A DNA stretch of 62,642 bases, counting the filler, from Stramenopiles sp. TOSAG23-2 (Eukaryota), in assembly GCA_900128395.1 (NCBI GenBank). It is 11 parts of 11 records of this genome, joined end to end, with 100 filler letters (N's around TTAATTAATTAA, not from the genome) between each part and the next. Parts side by side here need not be neighbours in the genome. Positions count along the whole stretch, not along the records: positions 1 to 7,997 come from LT650250.1; positions 8,098 to 16,093 come from LT650251.1; 9 more parts are not named here. One strand, 5' to 3'. The notes under the pieces were generated by a model, which worked only from the letters and a program-made list of their open reading frames with translations, did no database searches and had not been told where the DNA came from. Position numbers and translations under genes: made by a program. Below are positions 1 to 11,011 of this stretch, one piece after another (the stretch's first letter is position 1; every line of letters starts with the position of its first letter).

Positions 1-2
1 GT

Positions 3-917
3 GCAAATGTTGCAAAAAGTGACAAAGCACCTGTTTCTAGCGGTAAAGAAAACGGAGGAAAGCCAATGAAAGCGAATGGACAACAAGGAAAAAAACCAGA
101 GGGAAAAGCTGCAGCAGAGAAAGGCGGGGCAAACAACAATGGTGCACAGCAACAAAAACAACAAAATGGCGCAAAGAAAAATGCTGATGGTGGCAATGGC
201 AAAGGCAACCCATCAGCAAAACAAGCGGCACAAGCAAAGCCACCACCTGGTCCACCAAAACCAAAGACATGGGCATCTCTTGCAAAATCCAACGCGGAAG
301 TACCTGTGAAAGAGAATCCAAGTGTGCGCCGTCCAAGCCTTGGTAGCAAAGGGCAAGATGGCAAGAAAAAAGCTTCAAGTGGTGGTGGCGACAAAAAAGA
401 TGATGGAAAATCTGGAGGAAAGAAAAAATCGAACGATCAAGGCAAAAAGGATAAAAACAATGGTACCAAGCAGAAGCAATCTACTGATACGATATTGTTT
501 GTAAAAAATATTGACCCTGATGCAACGGTAAAAGAATTGAAGGACCTCTTCAATAAATTTGGAAATGTAAAGAATGTTGATCAATTGAAACGAAAACCAA
601 CACAAGAAAAAGGTACTGCGTATGTTGGCTTCAACTCTCCAAAATCACTTGAAAGAGCGTTAGATGAAACGAAAGGTACAATGATGTTTAAAGGTCAACC
701 AATCAATATCGAAGCAGCAAAAGCATCTGTACAAGCGGCAGCTCAGAAAAAAAGTGGTGGCAATCGTGGTGGTCGTGGAAGAGGAGGTAAAAACAAGGAT
801 AAGAATAGACGTGGAACGAAAGGTAATAATAATGATAATAAAAGCAACGGCAAAAATAATAATAATAGGTCTCGTAATAATAATAATAGCAATGGTAGTA
901 ATAAAAATCGAAAATAA
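3..917 (+). CDS. G3BP/Rasputin-like RNA-binding protein, C-terminal part (low-complexity linker, RRM, RGG tail); 5' partial
   Basis: Frame is open from position 3 into the 66..917 ORF. It has PKPKTWASLA (typical of G3BP/NTF2-family linkers), an RRM (RNP2 LFVKNI, RNP1 KGTAYVGF) and an RGG-rich tail. The expected NTF2 domain would lie off-contig. Confidence 0.62.
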   Translation, partial: ANVAKSDKAPVSSGKENGGKPMKANGQQGKKPEGKAAAEKGGANNNGAQQQKQQNGAKKNADGGNGKGNPSAKQAAQAKPPPGPPKPKTWASLAKSNAEVPVKENPSVRRPSLGSKGQDGKKKASSGGGDKKDDGKSGGKKKSNDQGKKDKNNGTKQKQSTDTILFVKNIDPDATVKELKDLFNKFGNVKNVDQLKRKPTQEKGTAYVGFNSPKSLERALDETKGTMMFKGQPINIEAAKASVQAAAQKKSGGNRGGRGRGGKNKDKNRRGTKGNNNDNKSNGKNNNNRSRNNNNSNGSNKNRK

Positions 918-1563
918 AAAGATATACTGCTGTGTGACATGTGAAACATCAACAGAACGATATATATTTATATTATTATACCACACGAAAAATATTATTA
1001 ATATATGCATTATGTATAAGATCTGCATACATAAACATTATATGTTGTGCCGACGGGTACATGTTGATATATATATATACATATATAACGATATTATTTT
1101 ATATTTGATATATTTATGATAAGCACATAATAAAAAAGTAAAAAAAAGTAAAAGTGACAAATATACACGACAAAGAGAAAAAGGGTGTGTACATATATTA
1201 TTTATGCGAGGATTGAAAGATTTTTGAATTTAAAATACTTAAAAGTTAGAAGTGGGAGAATGTGAACTGATTTGGTGGAGGAAAGAGAGAGTTAATGTTT
1301 AAAAAAATGTGTTTTTTCAAAAGCTGAGAAGAATATTTTTTATTTTTTTTCATACTTTTATTTAATATTTTAAAATACAATCATTAATGATAAACAAAGC
1401 TCTACACATATACACTTTTCTTTCTTCAACAAAAAAAAATATTTGTTTACACATGTGCGCACACCAGGCACACTCTCATCATAGAAATATTGTATATATC
1501 GATATATACGAGAGCATGTATTACGAGAAGTGTACGTGTGGTAAGGGTATTTTTTAATCACGG

Positions 1564-1611
1564 GAGAAGTAAAAATTGTTTTATAACACACTTTTAGATT
1601 TTTAACCATCA
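1564..1611. repeat. Copy of dispersed ~50-bp intergenic repeat (GAGAAGT..AAAAAT..TATAAC..TAGATTTT(T)AACCATC)
   Basis: Similar to 10489-10534 and 10679-10722, and to the reverse complement at 10428-10455, on a different contig. Confidence 0.6.
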
Positions 1612-1677
1612 TTTAATTTTTATTTTTTTTTTAAAATCATTAAAATACATACGTAATATCATTTTTATACTATCATT

Positions 1678-3213
1678 TTAATACTCCACGCCATATTTTG
1701 CACGGTATGCTTCAATACTTGGTAAAAAATTTGACATTTCATCACTTGATTTAGCATATGATAATAAATCATCTAGACGTACTACATTTAATACAGGAAT
1801 ATCATATTGTTCTTGTACTGTCTGTATTGCTGATTGTGTACTTGTATCATTAACTTTTTCTTGTCGATCCAAGGCAATTATTACACCACTTGCAGTTCCT
1901 CCACCAGCATTTAACATCGTCATAGCTTCACGTATTGCTGTACCAGCAGTTATTACATCATCGATAATCAAAACTTTTTTACCTTTAATTGGTGCACCAA
2001 CTAATTTACCACCTTCGCCATGATCTTTTTTTTCTTTACGATTATATGCATATGGAATATCCATACCATAATCACATAATGCAATAGATACAGCGCTGGC
2101 AAGGGTAATACCTTTATATGCCGGGCCAAATAAAACATCAAACTTTACGCCACTGTTTACTATCACTTTTGCATAATATTCCCCTACACGTTTTAATGCT
2201 AGGCCAGAGTTAAATAATCCAGCATTAAAAAAATATGGAGATATTCTACCACTTTTCAATGTAAATTCGCCAAATTTTAATACTTTACATTTCAATGCAA
2301 ATTGTATAAATTCTGTTTGGTACTTTTGTAAACTACTGGTCTTACTATCGTTATTATTGTTATTCAATAATGCAAGACTTTTCTCTCTTGCTTCATTAAT
2401 ATCTTTATTCAATTTTTCTGCTGCTTCTTTTGGATTTTCAGCACGTGAAATACCACGTGATACCGGTACTAATAATCCCATACCATCCGATTTTCGCAAA
2501 CCAGCAGTAACCGCCTCTACTAAATTACCGCCCTGTGCCCCGATTCCAGGCGCTAATATCCAAAGTCCAGGTGCAGCTGCACGTACACGTGTCAACGCAT
2601 TGACATCCGTAGCACCAACAACAACACCTACGTTATCTTTTGTATTCCATGATTCACAAAGTGAAGCAACGCATTCAAACACTGCGTTCCCGTTGTTTAA
2701 AATGCATTCTTGCAAATCTTTGGAGCTAGGATTCGATGTTTTACATATCACAAAAGCACCTTTTGAGCCATCTTTAATAAATGGATTAATTGATTCTGAA
2801 CCCATATATGGACTTAATGTAACAGCATCTGCTTTTAAGGATTCATATGCAGCATCTGCATATGCCGTTGCAGTAGAACCAATATCACCGCGTTTTATAT
2901 CTAATAAAACAGGAATTTCATCGGGTACATATTGAATTAATTTTTCCAACGCTTCAACGCCGCTTCCTCCAAATGCCTCAAAAAAGGCGGCATTGGGTTT
3001 GTATGACACAGCAATATGTTTCGTTTGATCCACAATATTTTTACAAAAGGTAAATGCACCATTGGCAGTCACATCTCCTAATTTTTCCAAATCAATACGA
3101 TGTGGGTCTAAACCAACACATAATAATGAATTCACTTCGTTACAACGTTTTGTTAATCTTGTAAAAAATGATGCTGTTGATGTATCATTGTTCTCACTTG
3201 CAATGTTAGACAT
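1678..3213 (-). CDS. UMPS: Bifunctional UMP synthase with reversed domain order (OMP decarboxylase N-terminal, orotate phosphoribosyltransferase C-terminal)
   Basis: OMPDC motifs LCVGLDP, YKPNAAFF, LDIKRGDIGST, LAPGIGAQGG, VPVSRGI. OPRT motifs FGEFTLKSGRISPYFFN, GPAYKGI, YNRKEKKDHGEGG, LIIDDVITAGTA. Confidence 0.96.
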   Translation of the reverse strand: MSNIASENNDTSTASFFTRLTKRCNEVNSLLCVGLDPHRIDLEKLGDVTANGAFTFCKNIVDQTKHIAVSYKPNAAFFEAFGGSGVEALEKLIQYVPDEIPVLLDIKRGDIGSTATAYADAAYESLKADAVTLSPYMGSESINPFIKDGSKGAFVICKTSNPSSKDLQECILNNGNAVFECVASLCESWNTKDNVGVVVGATDVNALTRVRAAAPGLWILAPGIGAQGGNLVEAVTAGLRKSDGMGLLVPVSRGISRAENPKEAAEKLNKDINEAREKSLALLNNNNNDSKTSSLQKYQTEFIQFALKCKVLKFGEFTLKSGRISPYFFNAGLFNSGLALKRVGEYYAKVIVNSGVKFDVLFGPAYKGITLASAVSIALCDYGMDIPYAYNRKEKKDHGEGGKLVGAPIKGKKVLIIDDVITAGTAIREAMTMLNAGGGTASGVIIALDRQEKVNDTSTQSAIQTVQEQYDIPVLNVVRLDDLLSYAKSSDEMSNFLPSIEAYRAKYGVEY

Positions 3214-3771
3214 GATGTTAATAGTATGGCGTTAATATTGATAATATGTATATATTCTATTTGTTTCTCCTATATTTGTTGTACCTGTACTATATCTTAT
3301 AAACTAATATATAAAAGGCACTATTATAAAAAGATATAATATTTTTTGTTGTTGTCCAACTTTGTTGTTGTTGTTGTTTGCTGGTTTGCTGGTTTGGGCG
3401 AGAATGGAATATTTTCATTTTTCATCAGATTTTTACATATATCATCATCTATTTATTGGAATTTTGATGATATTTTTTCCAATGTATAGTTTCTATTATT
3501 ATCTATAAATTATATCATAATATATTCGGATATTGTATATTTTATAAAATTAATAAATACAATAATTGTCATTTTGGAACTTCCGATTGAGGAACAAAAC
3601 AAAACAACATTCGGAGGGACTATATAAAAAGAAGGGGAATATTGGCTTGATATATATTCAATATATATCAGATTAAAACATGATTGAGAGAGTCACACTG
3701 TGATGTGTACAGTGTGAAGAGACAACAGTTGAACAGGTAACATACAAAGAGAGATAACATTGTTGAACAGG

Positions 3772-6700
3772 ATGAAGAACTATAATTATCATCTGATCAA
3801 TTTACTCTTAATAGCAACGAGTGTCGTTGTTGTAGCACATGCGAATGATGTGAAAACCTATCGTGAAAATAGGAAACAAACTGTTAAAAACATATTATTA
3901 GAACATTAATTATCATCTGATCAATTTACTCTTAATAGCAACGAGTGTCGTTGTTGTAGCACATGCGAATGATGTGAAAACCTATCGTGAAAATAGGAAA
4001 CAAACTGTTAAAAACATATTATTAGAACATTCGAAGGAAGCTTCGACAAATTGTTACCACTCTTGGATTGGTGATAAAAGTTGTGATAAAGCATGTGATA
4101 ATAAAGAAAATAATTTTGATGGTGGTGATTGTTTACCACACTTTCAACAAGTGCATTCAACAGAAAAAGTAGAGCAACAGGCTGGATTTGACGTGCAAGT
4201 TATCGGTTTCACTACAAGTGAGAGTACAAGGGAAGAACATCATGTATATGACGTACCATTTACTACAGTAAGACGTTTGCAAAAATTTCAATTAAGACCA
4301 CGTGATAATAATCCAAAGTTTAAAATTGTTATGATGCAAGTCTCAACTGATTATGAAAAAGCGCAATTAAAAGTACATCAAGATGGGCAAGGTAACTTAT
4401 TCGTGGATGCGATACCAGCGAATGTAGCAGTTGGGATTAACGAAGTATTATTTGTTACTAGTAATAACGATAAAATCGATGGTGGTCAAATAGTAGTATT
4501 ATTTAATCCATGGGCAGTAACTAGTCCAGTTCATATGAAGCCTTATAAAGGTACCGATTACCTGGAGGAATTTATATTAGAATTGACTGGTCAATCATAT
4601 TATGGTGATGCTTCAAGTGGTGTTGAATCTATAGGTACTAAACGTAACTTTTTTGGAACAAAAACATGGGGTTATCATCATGATGACGTTGCAGTTCAAG
4701 AAGTTGTTTTAAAATTATTAAACGTATTAGGTAGCTTGGATAGAAAGGATCCAAGAAAAGTGTCAAGACATTTCACGAAAGTTTTATCCGCAACTTGGAA
4801 TGGCAATGGTTATCAAGGTATGTTAAGTGGCCGTTGGGATGGAAAATACGGCGATGGTGCAAAACCAACGTCCTGGACTGGTAGTCGAGATATTTATCGT
4901 CAATATTTAAACAATGGTATGAGATCTTCCGTTAAATATGGACAATGTTGGGTATTTGGTGGTATTTTAACTACTGCATTGCGTTATTTAGGCATCCCAT
5001 CACGTATAGTTGTAAATTTTAGGAGTGCGCATGATACCGGCGACTTTGATCATGTAATTATAGCAAAAAAAGAATCAGTATGGAATTTCCATGTATGGGT
5101 TGATGCATGGATGAAACGGGATGATATTCATATGCCAGGATATGATTCATCCATGTTAGTAGGTTGGAATGCAGTTGATGCTACCCCACAAGAAAAATCT
5201 GATGGGGAATATCAAATGGGTCCAGCATTTATCCCATTCATTAAATCAAATTTTGGATTTAAAGCTGAAAATCAATTTGATGCGAAATTTGTTGCGTCTG
5301 AAGTAAATGCTGTACATAGATTCCCAAAGGCCGATTATCGTCAAGATGTTGGACGTGCAATGCTTACTAAAAAATCATTTGTAATGCAACCAATTAATAT
5401 CATGAAACGATACAAAAAATGCAAATCAATATTTTATGCTGTTTTAGACAAAGGCAAAACTTGTGGATTCCATATCGCCAATGGTAAACGTGGATACGTG
5501 TATGATTACAACGGAGGGCATTTCGAATACTATACCAGGTATGGAGGAGAAATAGTAAAAATACGGGTACTTTCATTAGTTTCAACGTTTAAAGCTAAAG
5601 TTTGCGCTGCAAGCAATTGCAATAATGAAGGTGGTGTAGTGAATTTGAATCAAATATTTAGTACAGAAAATGAAGTATCCAGTTTCTTAGAAACATCATG
5701 GTTTGGGTTTGGAAAGAAAAAAAAAGATGAAGTGGAAGAGAAAGATGTAGAACCGGAAATAGTTAAGGATTTACCAGATGGAACTTTAGTACAGAAAATG
5801 AAGTATCCAGTTTCTTAGAAACATCATGGTTTGGGTTTGGAAAGAAAAAAAAAGATGAAGTGGAAGAGAAAGATGTAGAACCGGAAATAGTTAAGGATTT
5901 ACCAGATGGAACAAAAAAATCCAGTGGTATAAAAGAAACGCATAAATTGCCACAAGAGGAAGAACCAGAAGATGAGGAGGAAAAGGAGAAGGAAGAGGAA
6001 GAGGAGTATGTACAAAAAGAAACAGAGCCAAAAAAAAAGAAAAAAGGTCTTTTACGTGGTATGTGGTCAAAAACAAAAAACTTCGCAAAACGTGCATATA
6101 AAAAAACAAAAGAAGTAGTGAAAAAAGTATATACAAAATTCAAAAGATTCCTAGTTTCAGCTGTAACTACAATCAATCCATTGCGACATTTATCAAAGAA
6201 AATGTTTGTAAGAAATAAAAAATTATGTAGGTATGTGGTCAAAAACAAAAAACTTCGCAAAACGTGCATATAAAAAAACAAAAGAAGTAGTGAAAAAAGT
6301 ATATACAAAATTCAAAAGATTCCTAGTTTCAGCTGTAACTACAATCAATCCATTGCGACATTTATCAAAGAAAATGTTTGTAAGAAATAAAAAATTATGT
6401 AGCAATTGTTTCGAAATTTCCAAAGTTCATCCAAAGTCATATGTCAAAAATCCATTTAAAATTCGTATTAAACGTAATTTGAAACATCAAAAAGATTTGG
6501 ACTTTAAAGTTAATGTAGTATTTGAAGTTGTTAGTAACAACGGCCAAGATGTTGAAAGGGGGAAACCATTTCATAAGATAAAGATTAAATTTGGAAAAGG
6601 CCAAAAGGAACATGTAATTACCGTAGCGAAGAAGCTTTACCATGAACATTTGGATAAAGCAATGTCAATTCGTGTTACGTTGCGTGCACTAAGTGACGAT

Positions 6701-7138
6701 AACAAATATATTGATTTTGATCAAGAAACTATTCAATTACACGTTGGAAAATTGGACGTCTCAAATATCAATTCCGTGAAAGATGCACAAAATCGGGAAG
6801 TTTTAACGTTTGATGTCTCCATTAAAAATCCATTATCCATGCCATTGGAAAATGTTAAATTATCAATCGACGAACCATATGGTGATAGGACGCAAAAAGT
6901 TGGTAAATTAGATGTAGGTGCTGTTCTAAAAAAATCTATTAAAGTGCCAATTGTAAAGAAAAAATGGAGTAAGAAAGTGAACCAACGATGTGTCATTGTT
7001 AGCGCATACGCAAACGAATTATTTGCAATGAGTGGTTGGGAAAATACAGTCTGTTATGATGAAGCTAAATCAAAAGAAAAGTTAAAAGGAATTAAAGTTG
7101 TATTAGCAAAATGGAAAGGTCTTAGTAAAAAAGAGTAA
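3772..7138 (+). CDS. Secreted animal-type (factor XIII-like) transglutaminase with N-terminal LNR/Notch module; reading frame broken by three tandem duplications
   Basis: ATG 3772 begins a signal-peptide-like MKNYNYHLINLLLIATSVVVVAHA. LNR-like CYHSWIGDKSCDKACDNKENNFDGGDC. Catalytic triad motifs YGQCWVFGG (Cys), WNFHVWVDAWM (His), GWNAVDATPQE (Asp). C-terminal beta-barrel-like IKNPLSMPLENV. Removing one copy of each duplication (124, 128, 172 bp) joins the 3772 leader and ORFs 3974-5818, 5860-6273 and 6233-7138 into one frame. Confidence 0.88.
3783..4030. repeat. Exact tandem duplication, 124-bp unit (3783-3906 / 3907-4030)
   Basis: Direct comparison; frameshifts the 5' end of the transglutaminase. 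Confidence 0.95.
5657..5912. repeat. Exact tandem duplication, 128-bp unit (5657-5784 / 5785-5912)
   Basis: Direct comparison; frameshifts the transglutaminase. Confidence 0.95.
6059..6402. repeat. Exact tandem duplication, 172-bp unit (6059-6230 / 6231-6402)
   Basis: Direct comparison; frameshifts the transglutaminase. The unit starts GTATGT and ends TAG. Confidence 0.95.
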
Positions 7139-7240
7139 ATACACTGCTGCTTATGCTGCTTTATATATGTTGTATTAGCAAAATGGAAAGGTCTTAGTAA
7201 AAAAGAGTAAATACACTGCTGCTTATGCTGCTTTATATAT
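7097..7240. repeat. Exact tandem duplication, 72-bp unit spanning the transglutaminase stop codon
   Basis: 7097-7168 repeated at 7169-7240. Confidence 0.93.
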
Positions 7241-7548
7241 GTAAATATTGAGATGGTTGTGCGTGTATCCATTTATTAAAAAAAGTAAAATAAAATAACA
7301 TATTATTTATACTTGTTAGACTACTTGTAGTATCTAAGCCTCTTTTTGGAAGCCTTAACCCACGGCTAATTTGAAATTTCCTATATTTCAAAATAAATAT
7401 TTATACTGTATTACAAGATGTACAGATAGATACTGTAACTTACCTGTATGTAGATAAGAACAACATGTTGTAGTTATCTATTGTCACCTTCTTCTTCTCA
7501 ATTTCCGATATATATATATATATATCAATAGAGTTGCAACTAAATATC

Positions 7549-7854
7549 ATGGGTGCTGGAGCAAGTGTTAGCCAGGATGAAATTAAAGAAATGGATGCTA
7601 AACAATTAGCTGAATTATTTGCAGAAAAAAATGAAAAAAACAGTTACCTCGTTGGACTTATCAATGAAAAACAAATAGACGGTAACACTTTAATGTCTGC
7701 TATTGAAGGGGACAAGGTTCAAGATTTAATACATGATGTAGAAAAAGATGAAAGGAAAAGACAAGAATTAGCAGAAACATTACAAGGATTGAATGAAATA
7801 TACTTTAAACGTTTTCAAGGAACTGGATTTACTGGAAAATGTAACGTTAGTTGA
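7549..7854 (+). CDS. Small predicted N-myristoylated protein with a SAM-like helical domain
   Basis: ATG 7549 gives MGAGAS (MGxxxS myristoylation consensus). LINEKQIDGNTLM resembles the SAM-domain (E/Q)IDGxxL motif. Confidence 0.55.
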   Translation: MGAGASVSQDEIKEMDAKQLAELFAEKNEKNSYLVGLINEKQIDGNTLMSAIEGDKVQDLIHDVEKDERKRQELAETLQGLNEIYFKRFQGTGFTGKCNVS

Positions 7855-7997
7855 TAATGTATATTAAATATATAGTCGTGTCTCTCAAGTAATAAAAATA
7901 AAAATTAAAATAAACAATATACGAAAAACTCTATACTTTAGCGTGTTTTCTGTCCACACGTTTTAATTACGAATAATTTAATTTATCCACATAAATC

Positions 7998-8097
7998 NNN
8001 NNNNNNNNNNNNNNNNNNNNNNNNNNNNNNNNNNNNNNNNNTTAATTAATTAANNNNNNNNNNNNNNNNNNNNNNNNNNNNNNNNNNNNNNNNNNNN
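7998..8097. other. Artificial contig-joining spacer (N44-TTAATTAATTAA-N44)
   Basis: Identical 100-nt spacers with stops in all six frames also occur at 16094-16193, 24172-24271, 32249-32348, 40316-40415, 48377-48476, 56433-56532, 57986-58085, 59539-59638 and 61092-61191. Confidence 0.99.
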
Positions 8098-8364
8098 TAT
8101 TAGATATTTTCATCCAATTAACATTGGCCATTTTTGGATTTTATGGATTTATTATCTCCAAGATCTACCTATCAAATATCTATAGTATACTAAATCTATA
8201 CTTATTTCAACCCCACTGTTTTGGGCAGGAATTTACTGGTTACTGGTGTGGTTGTTAGCTGGTTATAGCTGGTTAGTCTATCTGTTATCTGGCTGGCCCA
8301 GCTGGCCCAGCTGGGCTGGTTATCTCATCATTCTTCAAAGAAGATATATATCCCGTCATGATTT

Positions 8365-8660
8365 ATTATTATTTCTTTTTGCCATACATACTGTCATATA
8401 ATATATCACTAATACAGACTGTATGTACAGGTAGATCAAAAAGAAGAAGTGATATTCCATTCATACATCATATCATCATTTATTATTATATATATACAAG
8501 TAAGGAGAGAAAATTATTATTTCTTTTTGCCATACATACTGTCATATAATATATCACTAATACAGACTGTATGTACAGGTAGATCAAAAAGAAGAAGTGA
8601 TATTCCATTCATACATCATATCATCATTTATTATTATATATATACAAGTAAGGAGAGAAA
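8365..8660. repeat. Tandem duplication, 148-bp unit, in the 5' region of the carboxypeptidase gene
   Basis: 8365-8512 repeated at 8513-8660. Confidence 0.93.
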
Positions 8661-8674
8661 AAAAATCGGGGAAA

Positions 8675-10162
8675 ATGCGTACTACTATATGTTCATTAGT
8701 AATATTATCATTAATAATACAAATGACAAATGCTGCAATTGGATCATCTTCAAAATTTAGACCAAGAACTAATTTAAAATGTGAAAGTCCAAAATGCCCA
8801 AAAGAGGATGATGGTTTGGATTTAACAGAAACGATTAAAAAATTAGGAGTTGAAAAAGCAAGGGAATTGTCTGAAGTTAGTGATCTTGGTAATATAACAT
8901 CTTATTCAGGATTTTTTACAACATCTGAAATACCTGCTGGGAATAAAAATAAAATGTTTTACTGGTACTTTCCAGCTCAAAATGGCGATAAAGATGCACC
9001 TTTGTTAGTATGGTTACAAGGTGGACCAGGTGGTTCATCTATGTTTGGTTTATTTGCAGAAATGGGACCATTCACACTTCTTGGCCCAAATGGTCCAATT
9101 GAATTGAAAGAATCGTCATGGAACAAACGGTATCAAATGATATTCATTGACAATCCAGTCGGTGCTGGATTTTCCTCTCCAAGTTCACCAAATGGGTATT
9201 GTAATAATACAAAAGAATGTGTTGCATCAAATTTATATTCCTTGCTACAACAATTTTACGTATTATTTCCAGATCTAATGAACAATGATTTATTTATTAC
9301 CGGCGAAAGTTATGGAGGGCATTATGTGCCTGGAATATCGTATTACATACATGAACATAATAATGATTTAAAGAAATGTAATGGTCCAACATTATTAAAT
9401 ACACCATGCCAAGTATTACCATTCAAAGGTTTTGCTGTAGGAGATGGTTGGATAGATCCTGTAAATCAAATGAATGGTTATCCTGGTTTATTATATAATT
9501 TTGGCATGGTTGATGATCAAGAATTAGAGCAAGTAAATCAATATTGCGATTCAACGATCGATTTAATCAAACAAAATGAAATGAAAAAAGCATTTGATGT
9601 TTGGGATGAATTTTTAAATGGAGATGTGTACCCATATCCTTCCTTTTATAAAAATGTTACTGGCAGCTATGACTACGACAATATGTTGCGTACATATGCT
9701 CCAGATAGTTTTAGTTACTTTGGCACCTATTTAAATCAACCAGATGTAAGGGAGAAAATTCATGTTGGTAACTCTGTTTTCAATAATGGTCATGAATGTG
9801 AGATGCATTTATTATCTGATTTCCACGTATCTTTCGCGGATGAAATGACAGTTTTATTGAATTCAAATAAATACAATATTATCTTATACAGTGGACAACT
9901 AGATATTATAATCGGTGCACCATTAACAGAAGCATTTTTAAAAGTGTTGGATTGGGATGGAAAAGATAAATATTTATCATCAAAAAAAATCATTTGGCGC
10001 GTCGATCCATCCGATAAACAAGTTGCTGGTTATGTGAAAACGGTTGGTAAATTCAGTTATGCAATTGTACGTGGTGCTGGGCATATAGCACCTTACGATC
10101 AACCAAGGCCAATGAATGATTTAATTGATAAATTAGTCAGTGGTGAACCATTTAAACCATAA
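8675..10162 (+). CDS. CPVL: Serine carboxypeptidase, family S10 (CPVL/vitellogenic carboxypeptidase-like), secreted or lysosomal
   Basis: Signal peptide MRTTICSLVILSLIIQMTNA. Motifs WLQGGPGGSS, IDNPVGAGFS, catalytic GESYGGHY (Ser), GQLDII (Asp), GAGHIAPYDQP (His). Confidence 0.93.
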   Translation: MRTTICSLVILSLIIQMTNAAIGSSSKFRPRTNLKCESPKCPKEDDGLDLTETIKKLGVEKARELSEVSDLGNITSYSGFFTTSEIPAGNKNKMFYWYFPAQNGDKDAPLLVWLQGGPGGSSMFGLFAEMGPFTLLGPNGPIELKESSWNKRYQMIFIDNPVGAGFSSPSSPNGYCNNTKECVASNLYSLLQQFYVLFPDLMNNDLFITGESYGGHYVPGISYYIHEHNNDLKKCNGPTLLNTPCQVLPFKGFAVGDGWIDPVNQMNGYPGLLYNFGMVDDQELEQVNQYCDSTIDLIKQNEMKKAFDVWDEFLNGDVYPYPSFYKNVTGSYDYDNMLRTYAPDSFSYFGTYLNQPDVREKIHVGNSVFNNGHECEMHLLSDFHVSFADEMTVLLNSNKYNIILYSGQLDIIIGAPLTEAFLKVLDWDGKDKYLSSKKIIWRVDPSDKQVAGYVKTVGKFSYAIVRGAGHIAPYDQPRPMNDLIDKLVSGEPFKP

Positions 10163-10181
10163 AATGTTTGATGTATCAAAT

Positions 10182-10400
10182 ATTCAAAATATGTTTAATT
10201 TTAAATATTTGTGATATTGATACGAAGTTCGTATGAATACGGCGTACGTAATCATATCTCATATATATATCATAATATATACCCGATAAAAATTCAAAAT
10301 ATGTTTAATTTTAAATATTTGTGATATTGATACGAAGTTCGTATGATACGACGTACGTAATCATATCTCATATATCATAAAATATATACCAGATAAAAAT
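10182..10400. repeat. Imperfect tandem duplication, ~110-bp unit
   Basis: 10182-10291 vs 10292-10400; copies differ by a few substitutions and indels, like two alleles. Confidence 0.88.
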
Positions 10401-10427
10401 ATACGAACGTTTTTTATAATATATTAT

Positions 10428-10534
10428 GATGGTTAAAATCTAGGTTATAAAAATAATTTAACGTTTTTTATTAATATATTAATATATCGAGAAGTGTAAA
10501 AATATTATAACTTACTTCGTAGATTTTAACCATC
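10428..10534. mobile_element. MITE-like element with 15-bp perfect terminal inverted repeats (GATGGTTAAAATCTA ... TAGATTTTAACCATC)
   Basis: 10428-10442 is the exact reverse complement of 10520-10534. The same end sequence recurs at 10679-10722 and 1564-1611. No target-site duplication identified. Confidence 0.45.
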
Positions 10535-11011
10535 TTTTATTAATATTATGACATGTTGGAAGGATAGAAACCTACTTGTGCTTGTAGAGTATTAGTTTGC
10601 AGAGGTGCATTAGAGCTTTACTATAGTAGGATAACATATTATTCTTGCGATTGAGTATTGAGCATATTACTTTAACACGAGAAGTAGTGTAAAAATATTA
10701 TAACTTAGATTTTAACCCATCATTTATGCATTAATTAAATATATTTAATTTTTTAAATTAAAATTTAAAAATGCATTTATATTTTATTTATTTATTTGCT
10801 TAATATAAAACACTTATGATTATCATATTTTTTAATTTTATCATACTCATGATGATTCCTACTCTCCAGAAAGAATACAATAACTAAGACAATAATATCT
10901 ATCTCACTAAGCTGAAAGATGAACAATAAATCGTAACGTTGCGATGGAGTTCATTAAAATCCACAGAGTGTGCCAATATTTTAAGATATAAAAAAACATT
11001 GCGTATTTTTT

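Noticed and set aside
3772-7138. Programmed frameshifting, alternative genetic code or true pseudogene in the transglutaminase
   Set aside because: Every break coincides with an exact tandem duplication, catalytic motifs are intact, and other genes read normally in the standard code.
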